Shown piece after piece: positions 9,826 through 19,500 of a stretch of 37,776 bases of DNA. This stretch comes from Mycoplasmatota bacterium (GTDB taxonomy: Bacteria; Bacillota_I; Bacilli_A; RF39; UBA660): positions 1 through 37,776 of the forward strand of contig JAAYGD010000008.1 in assembly GCA_012727915.1 (NCBI GenBank), given 5' to 3'. The notes under the pieces were generated by a model. It was not told the DNA's origin and ran no database searches. It saw nothing but the letters and a program-made list of their open reading frames with translations. The position numbers and the translations under genes were made by a program. The first letter of the stretch is position 1; each line of letters starts with the position of its first letter.

Positions 9826-10818
9826 ATGTTAATTCTTACTAAATCTGTATTAGCTATGATGATTAGTTTTTTTGCGTCTATAGTTTTAGGTTATTTTATT
9901 ATACCTTTTTTAAAAAGAAAGAAGATTGGTCAAAATATAAGTAAACATCTCGAAGAAAAGCATAGTAAGAAAAATGGGATTCCTACTATGGGGGGAATAA
10001 TTTTTATTATTTCTACATTTATAACAGTATTAGTATTAACTTTAATGGGTAAAATTGAAATTACTTCAAATATGGTTATAGTTTTATTAGTATTTTTAGG
10101 TTATGCTGGGATAGGTTTTGTTGATGATTATTTAAGTTTAAAAAGAAAAACAAATAATGGTTTAACAAGTATTCAAAAATTATTGTTACAATTTATAATA
10201 GCAATTGTATTTTTTATAATATTTATAAATAATGGAGGACAACCAGTTTTAGAAATATATACTTTAAATATAAAAGTAGATATGGGTATATTATATGGGT
10301 TATTTATATTATTTGTATTATTGGGATCTTCTAATGCAGTAAATATTACAGATGGTTTGGATGGATTAGCAGCAGGATTATCTGTTATTGCTTTTATTTC
10401 TATAGGTATAATTGCTTGGGGTTCTACCTGGGTTGTAGGTAATGATGGATTAGCTATATTATCATTTATAATAACAGGAGCAGTATTAGGATTTTTGTTT
10501 TATAATTCTTATCCTGCAAAAGTAATTATGGGTGATACTGGTTCTTTATCTTTAGGTGCTACTATGGCTTCAATTGCAATATTAACTGATCATGAATTAA
10601 CATTGGTTGTTATTGCGGGTGTTTTTGTTATTGAAACATTAGTTGTTATAATTCAAACTGTATCTATTGTATATTTTAAAAAGAAAGTGTTTTTAATGTC
10701 ACCTTTACATCATCATTTTGAAAAATTGGGATGGGAAGAAGTTGATATTGTTAAATTATTTTGGATAGTTGGATTATTACTATCTATGGCTGGAATAGCA
10801 TTTGGAGTGTGGATATAA
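9826..10818 (+). CDS. mraY: Phospho-N-acetylmuramoyl-pentapeptide transferase
   Basis: PTMGG, GFVDD, NAVNITDGLDGL, MGDTGS and PLHHHFE motifs; about 10 TM segments. Confidence 0.97.
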   Translation: MLILTKSVLAMMISFFASIVLGYFIIPFLKRKKIGQNISKHLEEKHSKKNGIPTMGGIIFIISTFITVLVLTLMGKIEITSNMVIVLLVFLGYAGIGFVDDYLSLKRKTNNGLTSIQKLLLQFIIAIVFFIIFINNGGQPVLEIYTLNIKVDMGILYGLFILFVLLGSSNAVNITDGLDGLAAGLSVIAFISIGIIAWGSTWVVGNDGLAILSFIITGAVLGFLFYNSYPAKVIMGDTGSLSLGATMASIAILTDHELTLVVIAGVFVIETLVVIIQTVSIVYFKKKVFLMSPLHHHFEKLGWEEVDIVKLFWIVGLLLSMAGIAFGVWI

Positions 10819-12152
10819 TGAAATATCATTTTATTGGTATTAAGGGTTCTGGAATGAGTGCTTTAGCGCAAATATTATGTGATTTAGGTCTTTATGTACA
10901 AGGCTCTGATGTTGATCATCATCTATATTCTGAAGACTTATTAAGAAGTAAGAATATTCCTATATATTCATTTGATTCGAATAATATTAATATAGGGTTA
11001 ACTATAATAGTTGGAAATGCTTTTGATGAGTCTAATGTAGAATTAAAAAAAGCTAAAGAGTTAAATTTAAATATATATAAATATACAGAAATGTTAGGAG
11101 AATTGGTTAAGAAATATAAAACTCTATCAATTTGTGGAACTCATGGAAAGACTACTACAACATCAATGATTTCTTATATTATGAATAATACAATTGGTGT
11201 TAATTATTTAATTGGAGATGGAACAGGATTTGCTAATAAAAATAATGAAATTTTTATTATGGAAGCATGTGAATTTAAAAGAAATTTTTTGCATTATTAT
11301 CCTAAAGATATAATTTTAACTAATATAGATATGGATCATTTGGATTATTTTAAAGATTTAGATGATATTAAAGATGCATTTAAAGAATTTATTGGTCATG
11401 CGGAAAATACTTTAATAGCGTGTGGTGATGATTTAAATGTTAGAAGTATTATAAATAGAGAAGTTATATATTATGGATTTAATAGTAATAATGATGTAGT
11501 AATAGAAAATATGATTTTAGATGAAACTGGTTCATCTTTTGATTTGTATTATAATCGTGATTATTTAGATACTTTTAAAATTAATTTATATGGCTCTCAT
11601 ATGGTTTTAAATGCAGCAGCAGCAATTATTTATTGTTATATTAATGATATACCAATTGAAGATATTAAGAGGTATATAAATGAGTTTAAGGGCGCTAAGA
11701 GGAGATTTAAAGAAACCATAGTAAACAATACAATATTAATTGATGATTATGCTCATCATCCAACAGAAATTAAAACAGCAATATTATCAGCTAAACAAAA
11801 ATATCCTAATAAAAAAATAGTATCGGTATTCTTTGAAAACACTTTTTCAAGAACTCAAAAGTTATATAAGGAGTACGCTAATAGTTTAAAATTATCTGAT
11901 ATTGTATTTGTTACTGATATATTAAGTGATAGAGAAAAAAAAGAGGATTATAATGGAGTGGGTCCTCAATTAATATTAGATTTATTAAAAGAAGGATATT
12001 ACTTAAATATTGACAATTTTTTAGACAATAATAATTTAAATATTGTAAAACCATTATTAAATTATAAAAATGATGTTATAATATTTATGGGTTGTAAAGA
12101 AGTTTACTACTTAAAAGATAAATTAGAGGTTTTATTAAAGGAGGAAATATGA
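10818..12152 (+). CDS. murC: UDP-N-acetylmuramate--amino acid ligase MurC
   Basis: HFIGIKGSGMSALA, GTHGKTTT, EACE, TNIDMDHLDYF and DDYAHHPTEI. ATG at 10818 overlaps the mraY TAA. Confidence 0.93.
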   Translation: MKYHFIGIKGSGMSALAQILCDLGLYVQGSDVDHHLYSEDLLRSKNIPIYSFDSNNINIGLTIIVGNAFDESNVELKKAKELNLNIYKYTEMLGELVKKYKTLSICGTHGKTTTTSMISYIMNNTIGVNYLIGDGTGFANKNNEIFIMEACEFKRNFLHYYPKDIILTNIDMDHLDYFKDLDDIKDAFKEFIGHAENTLIACGDDLNVRSIINREVIYYGFNSNNDVVIENMILDETGSSFDLYYNRDYLDTFKINLYGSHMVLNAAAAIIYCYINDIPIEDIKRYINEFKGAKRRFKETIVNNTILIDDYAHHPTEIKTAILSAKQKYPNKKIVSVFFENTFSRTQKLYKEYANSLKLSDIVFVTDILSDREKKEDYNGVGPQLILDLLKEGYYLNIDNFLDNNNLNIVKPLLNYKNDVIIFMGCKEVYYLKDKLEVLLKEEI

Positions 12153-12718
12153 TAAAAGGAACTAAAACAGAAAAGAATTTATTGAAAGCATTTGCGGGAG
12201 AAAGTCAAGCTAGAATGAGATATTCTATGTATGCATCTAAAGCTAAAAAAGAAGGATATGAGCAAATAGCGGCATTCTTTTTAGAAACAGCTGAAAATGA
12301 AAAAGAACATGCTTCATTGTTTTATAAGAAACTTGGTGGAGGTCATTTAGAAATAACTGCAAGTTTTCCAGCAGGGGAAATAGGAACTACATCTGAGAAT
12401 CTAGACTTTGCTGCTAAAGGGGAAAATGAAGAGTGGACTAAATTATATAAAGAGTTTGCTGAAGTGGCTGCTCAAGAAGGTTTTTTAGAAATTGCTAAAT
12501 TGTTTGAAAATATATCTACAATAGAAAAAAGACATGAAGAAAGATTTAGAAATTTATTTAAAAATGTTACTATGAATAAAGTATTTGAAAAAGAAGAACC
12601 AGTTGAATGGGTATGTAGAGAATGTGGATATGTACATAGAGGTACAAGTGCTCCGTCAGTATGCCCAGTATGTTCTCATGAACAAGCTTTTTATCAAGTA
12701 TTAAATGAGAAGTATTAA
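12149..12718 (+). CDS. rbr: Rubrerythrin
   Basis: AFAGESQA, ENEKEHA, GENEE and IEKRHE di-iron motifs plus a C-terminal CRECG...CPVC rubredoxin domain. Confidence 0.96.
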   Translation: MIKGTKTEKNLLKAFAGESQARMRYSMYASKAKKEGYEQIAAFFLETAENEKEHASLFYKKLGGGHLEITASFPAGEIGTTSENLDFAAKGENEEWTKLYKEFAEVAAQEGFLEIAKLFENISTIEKRHEERFRNLFKNVTMNKVFEKEEPVEWVCRECGYVHRGTSAPSVCPVCSHEQAFYQVLNEKY

Positions 12719-12720
12719 TA

Positions 12721-12755
12721 AAAAAAGGAATTTAATTTAATATAATTCCTTTTTT
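12721..12755. terminator. Bidirectional terminator
   Basis: AAAAAAGGAATT...AATTCCTTTTTT inverted repeat between convergent genes. Confidence 0.65.
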
Positions 12756-13567
12756 ATTTCTTCAATATTTTTATACATAGTTTCAATGTAATTTTGTTCT
12801 ATATTTTCTATAGCAGCGGTATCAAATATTATCTTTTCTATTTTGTTATCTACAATGAATTTTTCTATTTCTGGATCTAATATTTCATCTTTAAATACAA
12901 TTATATATTTTAATATTTCATCTTCTATTAATTTTATAGCATCATTTTTTCTTTTTTCAAATAATTCTGTATCTTTATCTAGTGAAGTAACAGTTAAACC
13001 ATATTTTTCAAAGAAAGATAATGCATCATTTGAAATTAAAATGTTTTTTTGTTCTGAATTTTCAACCATTATTTTAATATCGGCATCTAATTCAGATATT
13101 TCTAATCTAATTTGTTCATAATTATCATCAATTTCATTTATTAAATATGTTGCTTTTATATATTCTTTAAATCCATTCCTAATATTTTGAGTTAACATTA
13201 AAAAGTTTGAGGGATTTATCCATAGTTCTTCAATAGAATTTACATAATCCATACCCATAGCTGCATCTATTATCATTAAGTCTTTGTTTTTGTTTAACAT
13301 AGAAACTGCATAATCTTTTTCTTCTGATAATCCATTATATACAAATAAATCACTTTTACTATAATCATCTAATAAAGTATCTGATATATCAACTATTTCA
13401 TTAGGATAAATACTAAATATTCTACTATGATTTCCGTATAATTTATTAGTAATATATTCTATTGGATAAGTAGAAGTATAAATAATAATATTTTCTAAAG
13501 AATTAGTAGTTACATCACATCCAGTTAATATTAATAGTAATAGCAATAAAGAAATAATTTTTTTCAT
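12737..13567 (-). CDS. ZnuA/AdcA-family (cluster A-I) solute-binding lipoprotein with degenerate metal ligands
   Basis: Lipobox LILTGC. YTSTYPIEYIT, SDLFVYNG, LWINP and ISNDALSFFEKYGL match the family scaffold. Confidence 0.8.
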   Translation of the reverse strand: MKKIISLLLLLLILTGCDVTTNSLENIIIYTSTYPIEYITNKLYGNHSRIFSIYPNEIVDISDTLLDDYSKSDLFVYNGLSEEKDYAVSMLNKNKDLMIIDAAMGMDYVNSIEELWINPSNFLMLTQNIRNGFKEYIKATYLINEIDDNYEQIRLEISELDADIKIMVENSEQKNILISNDALSFFEKYGLTVTSLDKDTELFEKRKNDAIKLIEDEILKYIIVFKDEILDPEIEKFIVDNKIEKIIFDTAAIENIEQNYIETMYKNIEEIKKELY

Positions 13568-13785
13568 AGCTCCTCCTTTTTTGGAACATTATCTATTCCT
13601 ATAGTGCCCCAAGGATTACATTTTAACAATCTTTTTATACTTAATTTTAAACCTAATATTGTTCCATGCTTTTCAAAAGCTTCTATAGAGTAATTTGAAC
13701 AAGTAGGTATATGCCTACAAGAATTATGCCAAGGTCCTGGTATTAATTGATATATTTTAATTAATAATATAAATATGTATTTCAT
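13564..13785 (-). CDS. yidD: Membrane protein insertion efficiency factor YidD
   Basis: LIKIYQ...CRHIPTCSNY...RLLKCNPW...D.VP signature. Confidence 0.95.
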   Translation of the reverse strand: MKYIFILLIKIYQLIPGPWHNSCRHIPTCSNYSIEAFEKHGTILGLKLSIKRLLKCNPWGTIGIDNVPKKEEL

Positions 13786-13800
13786 AAATCACCTATGATA

Positions 13801-13828
13801 ATTATATCATAAAAATTTGTGTTATAAT
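13801..13828. promoter_or_regulatory. Back-to-back extended -10 promoters for yidD (-) and rnc (+)
   Basis: ATTATATCA at 13801-13809 (TGATATAAT on the - strand) and TGTTATAAT at 13820-13828. Confidence 0.55.
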
Positions 13829-13852
13829 TAAATTATGTTAGATGGAGGATAT

Positions 13853-14509
13853 ATGGAAGTACTTAAACAATTTAATATTGAACCAAAAAATATTGAATTA
13901 TATGAACAAGCTTTTACACATACATCATATAGTAATGAAAATAATATGGGTGTAAGTTATGAGAGATTAGAGTTTTTAGGAGATAAAGTAGTAGATTTAA
14001 TAATAAGTGAGTATTTATATAGACATATGGATTTAAAGGAAGGCGATATGACTAAATTAAGAGCTTCTTATGTTTGCGAAAATGCTTTATATGAGTATGC
14101 ACTTTCTTTAAGATTTAATGAATATGTTAAATTAGGTAAAGGTGAAGAATCTTCTGGAGGAAAATTTAGAAAAGCTATTTTAGCAGATGTTTTTGAAGCT
14201 TTTGTGGGGGCTTTATATTTGGATCAAGGATTGAATATTGCGAAGAGATTTTTAAATGATACAATTATTTCTAGTATGATAGAAAAAGAAACTTATTTTA
14301 GTGATTATAAATCATTGTTTCAAGAAAGAATTCAGATTGATAATAAAAAAATAGAATATATTCTTATTGATGAATCCGGGCCAGCTCATGACAAGACTTT
14401 TACTTCAATAGTTAAAGTTGAAGATATAATATTTGGTAAAGGAGTAGGTAGCACAAAAAAAGAAGCAGAACAAAAAGCCGCAAAGGATGCTTTAGATAAA
14501 CAAGCTTAA
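13853..14509 (+). CDS. rnc: Ribonuclease III
   Basis: AFTHTSY, YERLEFLGD, ADVFEAFVGA and the dsRBD (GPAHDKTF, KKEAEQKAA). The ATG at 13853 follows GGAGG. Confidence 0.97.
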   Translation: MEVLKQFNIEPKNIELYEQAFTHTSYSNENNMGVSYERLEFLGDKVVDLIISEYLYRHMDLKEGDMTKLRASYVCENALYEYALSLRFNEYVKLGKGEESSGGKFRKAILADVFEAFVGALYLDQGLNIAKRFLNDTIISSMIEKETYFSDYKSLFQERIQIDNKKIEYILIDESGPAHDKTFTSIVKVEDIIFGKGVGSTKKEAEQKAAKDALDKQA

Positions 14510-14549
14510 ATATAACAATATAGGTTGATAAATTAATATAGAGGTGAAT

Positions 14550-15392
14550 ATGTATAAAAAATCAAATCAAAATATAATGATTGTGTTATTATTACTTGGA
14601 TGTATTATTATGAGTATATTATTGATATTTCCTGGATTAGTAATGAATAGGAATGATAATATAAATGATTTAGAAGAAAACAATAATATAGAAGAGGTAA
14701 ATGTTGAAGGAAATTATGTTGATGTAATTGATACTAATTATGAAAATATACATCCTAAATTAACTTCTCAATTTGTAAAAAATACTATAAATTTATTTAA
14801 TAATGATTTTACTGGTGATTATTTTGGATATTATTTTAAACAAGATAAAATTCTAGTAAAAGATATGGACAAAAAAGTTTTATTGAATTTAGCATTACAA
14901 AAATTTGCTAATGAATTATCAATTTCTAAAAATAATAATGAAGTGTGCGTAAATAAAGATGAAATTATTAAATATTCAAACAATATATTTTATAATGATG
15001 TAAATTTAGTTGATGTAAATGATACTATTATAAACGATACAGGGGACTTTTATTTGAAAGGTGATAAGTATTGTGGAAAATTATTAACTGGAAAAGATTT
15101 TGTGGGATATAATATTTATCAGAAGATAATTGGATATAATAAAGGAAGCATTCATCTTCAAATATTTACAAAATTTACTTTTTGTCAAGTTATATATAAT
15201 GAAAAAAATAAAGAGCCTGATTGTGTTTATAGAAATACTATGGATATTAATTTAACAAATAATATTATTGATACTTCAAAATTTAATTTGATACCTAGTA
15301 ATGAAATTTTTAATAAAGGAAATACTTATAAGTATACATTTTTGATGAAAAACGATAATTTATATTTTATTTCTGTAGAAAAAGTGATATAA
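14550..15392 (+). CDS. Hypothetical membrane-anchored extracellular protein
   Basis: One N-terminal hydrophobic helix, then an Asn-rich soluble domain with four Cys. GAGGTG RBS before the ATG at 14550. Confidence 0.8.
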   Translation: MYKKSNQNIMIVLLLLGCIIMSILLIFPGLVMNRNDNINDLEENNNIEEVNVEGNYVDVIDTNYENIHPKLTSQFVKNTINLFNNDFTGDYFGYYFKQDKILVKDMDKKVLLNLALQKFANELSISKNNNEVCVNKDEIIKYSNNIFYNDVNLVDVNDTIINDTGDFYLKGDKYCGKLLTGKDFVGYNIYQKIIGYNKGSIHLQIFTKFTFCQVIYNEKNKEPDCVYRNTMDINLTNNIIDTSKFNLIPSNEIFNKGNTYKYTFLMKNDNLYFISVEKVI

Positions 15393-15425
15393 TTTAAATA
15401 AGAAAAATAAGGAGGGATTAAATAA

Positions 15426-16469
15426 ATGAATTTTGATAAAAAGAAATTATCTATAATTGCTGTTTTGGTTTTATTTTTATTGATAATAATTTATGTATTA
15501 TTTTTAAAACCAGGAAGTAATAAAGAATTAACTATTCAAAATGACATAGAAGATGTTGAAGTATCTTGCTTTACTTATGAAAAAGAAGAAAGTGGAGTTG
15601 TTATAACTGCTTATGATGATAAGTGTCCTAAGGAAGTTGGAATACCTAATGTAATTGAAGAAACTGCAGTTACAAAGATAGGTGTATTTACATTTAGTAA
15701 TAAAAGTATTACTAAACTAAGATTACCAAAAGATTTAAAAGAAGTTGGTAATAATTCATTTCAAAATAATCAATTAGAAAACGTAATAGTTCCTGATTCA
15801 GTTACTGTAATAGGAAGTTATGCTTTTGAAAACAATAATATTAAAAGTCTTTCTATTCCAAATGGTTTGAAACAAATGGGAGCAGCAGCATTTAATAATA
15901 ATGATTTATCAGATGATAAAGGATTTATTTTTGCTAGAAATGAAGATGGATCTGTTAATAATACAAAAGTGGTTAGTTATGGTGGATCTAAAAAAGAAGG
16001 AGTAATAATTCCTGAAGGTGTAAATACAATTGGTGATTGGTCTTTTAGTAAATGTGAACTAATTTCAGTAACTTTACCTGAAAGCACAAATATGGTTGGA
16101 ATATATGCATTTTCTGATAATAAATTAACAACAATTAAAATTCCAAAGAATGTTGCTAATTTGGGAGATTATGCATTTACTAATAATGAATTGGCAGAAT
16201 TAAATATAGATTTAGGTTTAAATAGTATTGGAAATTATGTGTTTTCAAATAATAAATTAACAAAAATTAATTTACCAGTTAGTATTTCAAAATTAAATAA
16301 TTATTCATTTGAAAAAAATACTATAGTTGAAGTAATAATGCCAGAGAATATGGAAATTACTGAAAGTTCTATTTCCGAAAATTTTTACAAAACATATGTT
16401 ACTAATAAAAAAGAAGCGGGTACTTATAAATCTAGTGAACAAAATGGAACATGGACAAAACAATCTTAA
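15426..16469 (+). CDS. BspA/TpLRR-type leucine-rich-repeat surface protein with N-terminal anchor
   Basis: Repeats of about 22 aa such as LENVIVPDSVTVIGSYAFENNN and LTTIKIPKNVANLGDYAFTNNE; N-terminal TM helix; AGGAGG RBS. Confidence 0.9.
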   Translation: MNFDKKKLSIIAVLVLFLLIIIYVLFLKPGSNKELTIQNDIEDVEVSCFTYEKEESGVVITAYDDKCPKEVGIPNVIEETAVTKIGVFTFSNKSITKLRLPKDLKEVGNNSFQNNQLENVIVPDSVTVIGSYAFENNNIKSLSIPNGLKQMGAAAFNNNDLSDDKGFIFARNEDGSVNNTKVVSYGGSKKEGVIIPEGVNTIGDWSFSKCELISVTLPESTNMVGIYAFSDNKLTTIKIPKNVANLGDYAFTNNELAELNIDLGLNSIGNYVFSNNKLTKINLPVSISKLNNYSFEKNTIVEVIMPENMEITESSISENFYKTYVTNKKEAGTYKSSEQNGTWTKQS

Positions 16470-16492
16470 AAGAGTTAATAACTCTTTTTTTC
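16468..16492 (+). terminator. Intrinsic terminator
   Basis: AAAGAGTT-aat-AACTCTTT plus a T run. Confidence 0.7.
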
Positions 16493-16537
16493 TTGTTTAA
16501 TATACAATAATATATTATAATTATTAAGGTGATCATA

Positions 16538-19465
16538 ATGTATCTTAAACAAATAATTGCACAGGGTTTTAAATCTTTTGCGGATAAAACAAGTATCGAC
16601 TTAGAACCAGGGATTACAGGTATTGTAGGTCCCAATGGTTCTGGAAAGAGTAATATTGTTGATGCTGTTAGATGGGTATTAGGAGAGCAATCTGTTAAGT
16701 CTTTAAGAGGCGAAGGTGCTATGACAGATGTTATTTTTTCTGGGAGTAAAAGTAGAAATCCAGCAAATCATGCATCTGTTTCATTAATATTTGATAATAC
16801 TAATAATGAATTAAATATTGAATATAAAGAAGTAGAAATTAAAAGAATTGTTAACTCTAATGGTGAAAATGAATATTATATAAATAAAGATAGATGTAGA
16901 TTAAAAGATATATTAGATTTATTTATAGATAGTGGGGCAGGTAAAGAATCGTTTAATATTATTTCCCAAGGAGATATTGCAAGCATTTTATCAGATAAAC
17001 CTGAAGAGAGAAGAGTGATATTTGAAAGTGCTGCTGGAGTATTAAAATACAAAAAAAGAAAAGAAGATGCTTTAAGAAAATTATCTAGAACTAATGATAA
17101 TATTAATAGAGTTAATGATATTATGATTGAGTTAGAATCTCAATTAGAACCATTAAAAGAACAAAGTGTAAATGCTAAAAAATACGTTGAATATAAAGAT
17201 GAATTAGATAATATAGACATTTCTTTGATAGTTTATGATGTAGAAAAATTAAATATTGAAAGTAAAAATAATAAAGATAAAAAAGAAGAATTAAAAGAAG
17301 AATTAATAAATTTAGAAACAGAGTTTTCTTCTAAATCTTCTTTATTAGAAGAAAATAAATTGAAGTTGTTAAAGTATAGAGAAGAATATAATATATTAAA
17401 TGAAAAATTATTAAATCAGGTAAAAATAGTAGAAAAATTAAATAGTGAAAAAATTATATTAAATGATAGGAAAAAATACGATGTTGATGATTCTAAAATA
17501 CATCAAAGAATAATAGATTTAAAAGAAGATAAAAATAAGTTTAGTAATAAAATTGAATCAATTGAAAAAGATATTGATAAATTAAATAAAGAATTTATTG
17601 ATATTGAAACAAATATTGAAGAATTAGATATTGAAATAGTCAATATTAATAAAGAAAAAGACTCTTTAAATAATAAATTAGATAATCAAAATAAGAGAAA
17701 AATAGATTTAGAATATAAAATAAATGTAATAAAAAATAATATAGAAAATAATAGTGATTTATATTATTCGGTTTCTTCAGTATTAAGAAATAAATCACTT
17801 AATGGTATATTTGGTGTATTAGGAAAGTTGATTGATTTTGATTCTAAATATAGTACTATGATAGATATATCATTATCTTCTTCATCTCAGTTTATTGTTT
17901 GTGAAAATGATGAGTCTGCTAAAGAAGCAATTAATTTCTTAAAAGCTAATAATCTTGGAAGAGCTACTTTTTTACCTTTAAGCGAAATAAATGGTAGATA
18001 TGTGGATGAAGATACATTAAGTGAAATAAGTTCTCAAAAAGGTTTTATAGATGTTGCATCGAATTTAGTTGTTTGTGATTCAAAATATAAAAAAGCAATA
18101 TTAAATCAATTAGGAAATATAATTGTTGTAGATAATATAGAAAACGCAAATAGGATTAGTAAATCAATAAATCACAGATATAGAGTAGTAACATTAGATG
18201 GAGAATTACTTCACGTTGGGGGCTCTATAACTGGCGGTACAATTAAAAAGAATAGCGGTCTTATTATGGATAAACTTGATTTAGAAAATAAAATTAAAGA
18301 ATTAGACATTATTATTAAAGACATATCTAAAATAAGTTCTAATATAACTAATTTAAATAGTAAATATGTTATTTTAAAAGATAAGATGAATAACTTAAAT
18401 AGCAAGAAAATATCATTAGAACAAATTAATAAGATTAAATTGGAACTAAAAAATGAATATATTGAAAATTTAAATAATATTGATTTCGAATTATCAACTA
18501 AAGAAAATATAACTAAAGAAGAAGATGAATTAATAAATGATTATTATGCTGCTACTTCTTTAAAAGATTCGATATTAAAAGAAATTGAAGATTTAAACAA
18601 TAGTATTACTAATTTATCTGATAATATAGAAACATTAGAAAAAGATATTAAATTATATAATTCTAAAATAAATAAAAATAATAATAATATTAATAATATC
18701 GATATAGAAGAAACAAAAGTAGAAATGAAATTAGATCAATTGCTTTTAACATTAAATGAAGATTATAATATGACTTTTGAAAAAGCTAAAAGAGATTATA
18801 TTTTATATAATGATTATGAAGAATCAAAAATTAGAGTTGAAGAATTAAAAGATTTAATTAAAAATTTAGGTGTAGTTAATATTGGTTCTATTGATGAATT
18901 TGATAGAATCAATTATAGATATGAATTTTTAAATAATCAAAAGACAGATTTATTTAACGCTAAAAATACCTTAAATTCAATTATTGAAGAGATGGATGAA
19001 ATAATGAAATCTAGTTTCTTAACTACATTTAAAGAAATACAAATTGAATTTAGAAAAATATTTAAGAAATTGTTTAGTGGAGGAGATGCAGAATTAAAGT
19101 TAACAGATTCAAATAATATTTTAGAAACTGGTGTTGATATTGTAGCGTTACCTCCAGGAAAGAAACTACAACATATTTCTTTGTTAAGTGGAGGAGAAAA
19201 AGCTCTAACAGCAATTGCATTATTATTTTCAATATTAAAAGTAAAACCGGTCCCATTTTGTTTATTAGATGAAGTTGAAGCACCTTTAGATGATAATAAT
19301 GTAAATAGTTTTGGTCAATTCTTAAAAGAATATGAAGATAAAACTCAATTTATATTAATAACTCATAAAAAAGCTACAATGGAATATGCTGATATATTAT
19401 ATGGAGTTACAATGCAAGAATCGGGAGTTTCTAAATTAGTAAGTGTTAGATTAAAAGATGTATAA
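16538..19465 (+). CDS. smc: Chromosome segregation protein SMC (short, about 975 aa)
   Basis: GFKSFA, GPNGSGKSN, hinge GRATFLPL / VTLDGE..HVGGSITGG, LSGGEK, LDEVEA and ITH. Confidence 0.96.
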   Translation: MYLKQIIAQGFKSFADKTSIDLEPGITGIVGPNGSGKSNIVDAVRWVLGEQSVKSLRGEGAMTDVIFSGSKSRNPANHASVSLIFDNTNNELNIEYKEVEIKRIVNSNGENEYYINKDRCRLKDILDLFIDSGAGKESFNIISQGDIASILSDKPEERRVIFESAAGVLKYKKRKEDALRKLSRTNDNINRVNDIMIELESQLEPLKEQSVNAKKYVEYKDELDNIDISLIVYDVEKLNIESKNNKDKKEELKEELINLETEFSSKSSLLEENKLKLLKYREEYNILNEKLLNQVKIVEKLNSEKIILNDRKKYDVDDSKIHQRIIDLKEDKNKFSNKIESIEKDIDKLNKEFIDIETNIEELDIEIVNINKEKDSLNNKLDNQNKRKIDLEYKINVIKNNIENNSDLYYSVSSVLRNKSLNGIFGVLGKLIDFDSKYSTMIDISLSSSSQFIVCENDESAKEAINFLKANNLGRATFLPLSEINGRYVDEDTLSEISSQKGFIDVASNLVVCDSKYKKAILNQLGNIIVVDNIENANRISKSINHRYRVVTLDGELLHVGGSITGGTIKKNSGLIMDKLDLENKIKELDIIIKDISKISSNITNLNSKYVILKDKMNNLNSKKISLEQINKIKLELKNEYIENLNNIDFELSTKENITKEEDELINDYYAATSLKDSILKEIEDLNNSITNLSDNIETLEKDIKLYNSKINKNNNNINNIDIEETKVEMKLDQLLLTLNEDYNMTFEKAKRDYILYNDYEESKIRVEELKDLIKNLGVVNIGSIDEFDRINYRYEFLNNQKTDLFNAKNTLNSIIEEMDEIMKSSFLTTFKEIQIEFRKIFKKLFSGGDAELKLTDSNNILETGVDIVALPPGKKLQHISLLSGGEKALTAIALLFSILKVKPVPFCLLDEVEAPLDDNNVNSFGQFLKEYEDKTQFILITHKKATMEYADILYGVTMQESGVSKLVSVRLKDV

Positions 19466-19466
19466 A

Positions 19467-19500
19467 AAAATAAGATGCTAAATTGGACGCATCTTATTTT
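19467..19500. terminator. Bidirectional terminator overlapping the def 3' end
   Basis: AAAATAAGATGC-N10-GCATCTTATTTT inverted repeat. Confidence 0.7.

Noticed and set aside
13795..13811. Fur/Zur-like box TATGATAATTATATCATA upstream of yidD and the ZnuA-like gene
   Set aside because: Imperfect symmetry, and it is explained by the TGATATAAT extended -10 seen at many other promoters here.
15426..16469. Periodic sequence as a CRISPR array or DNA-level tandem repeat
   Set aside because: The periodicity is at protein level (LRR). There are no identical DNA repeats with spacers and no cas genes in the window.
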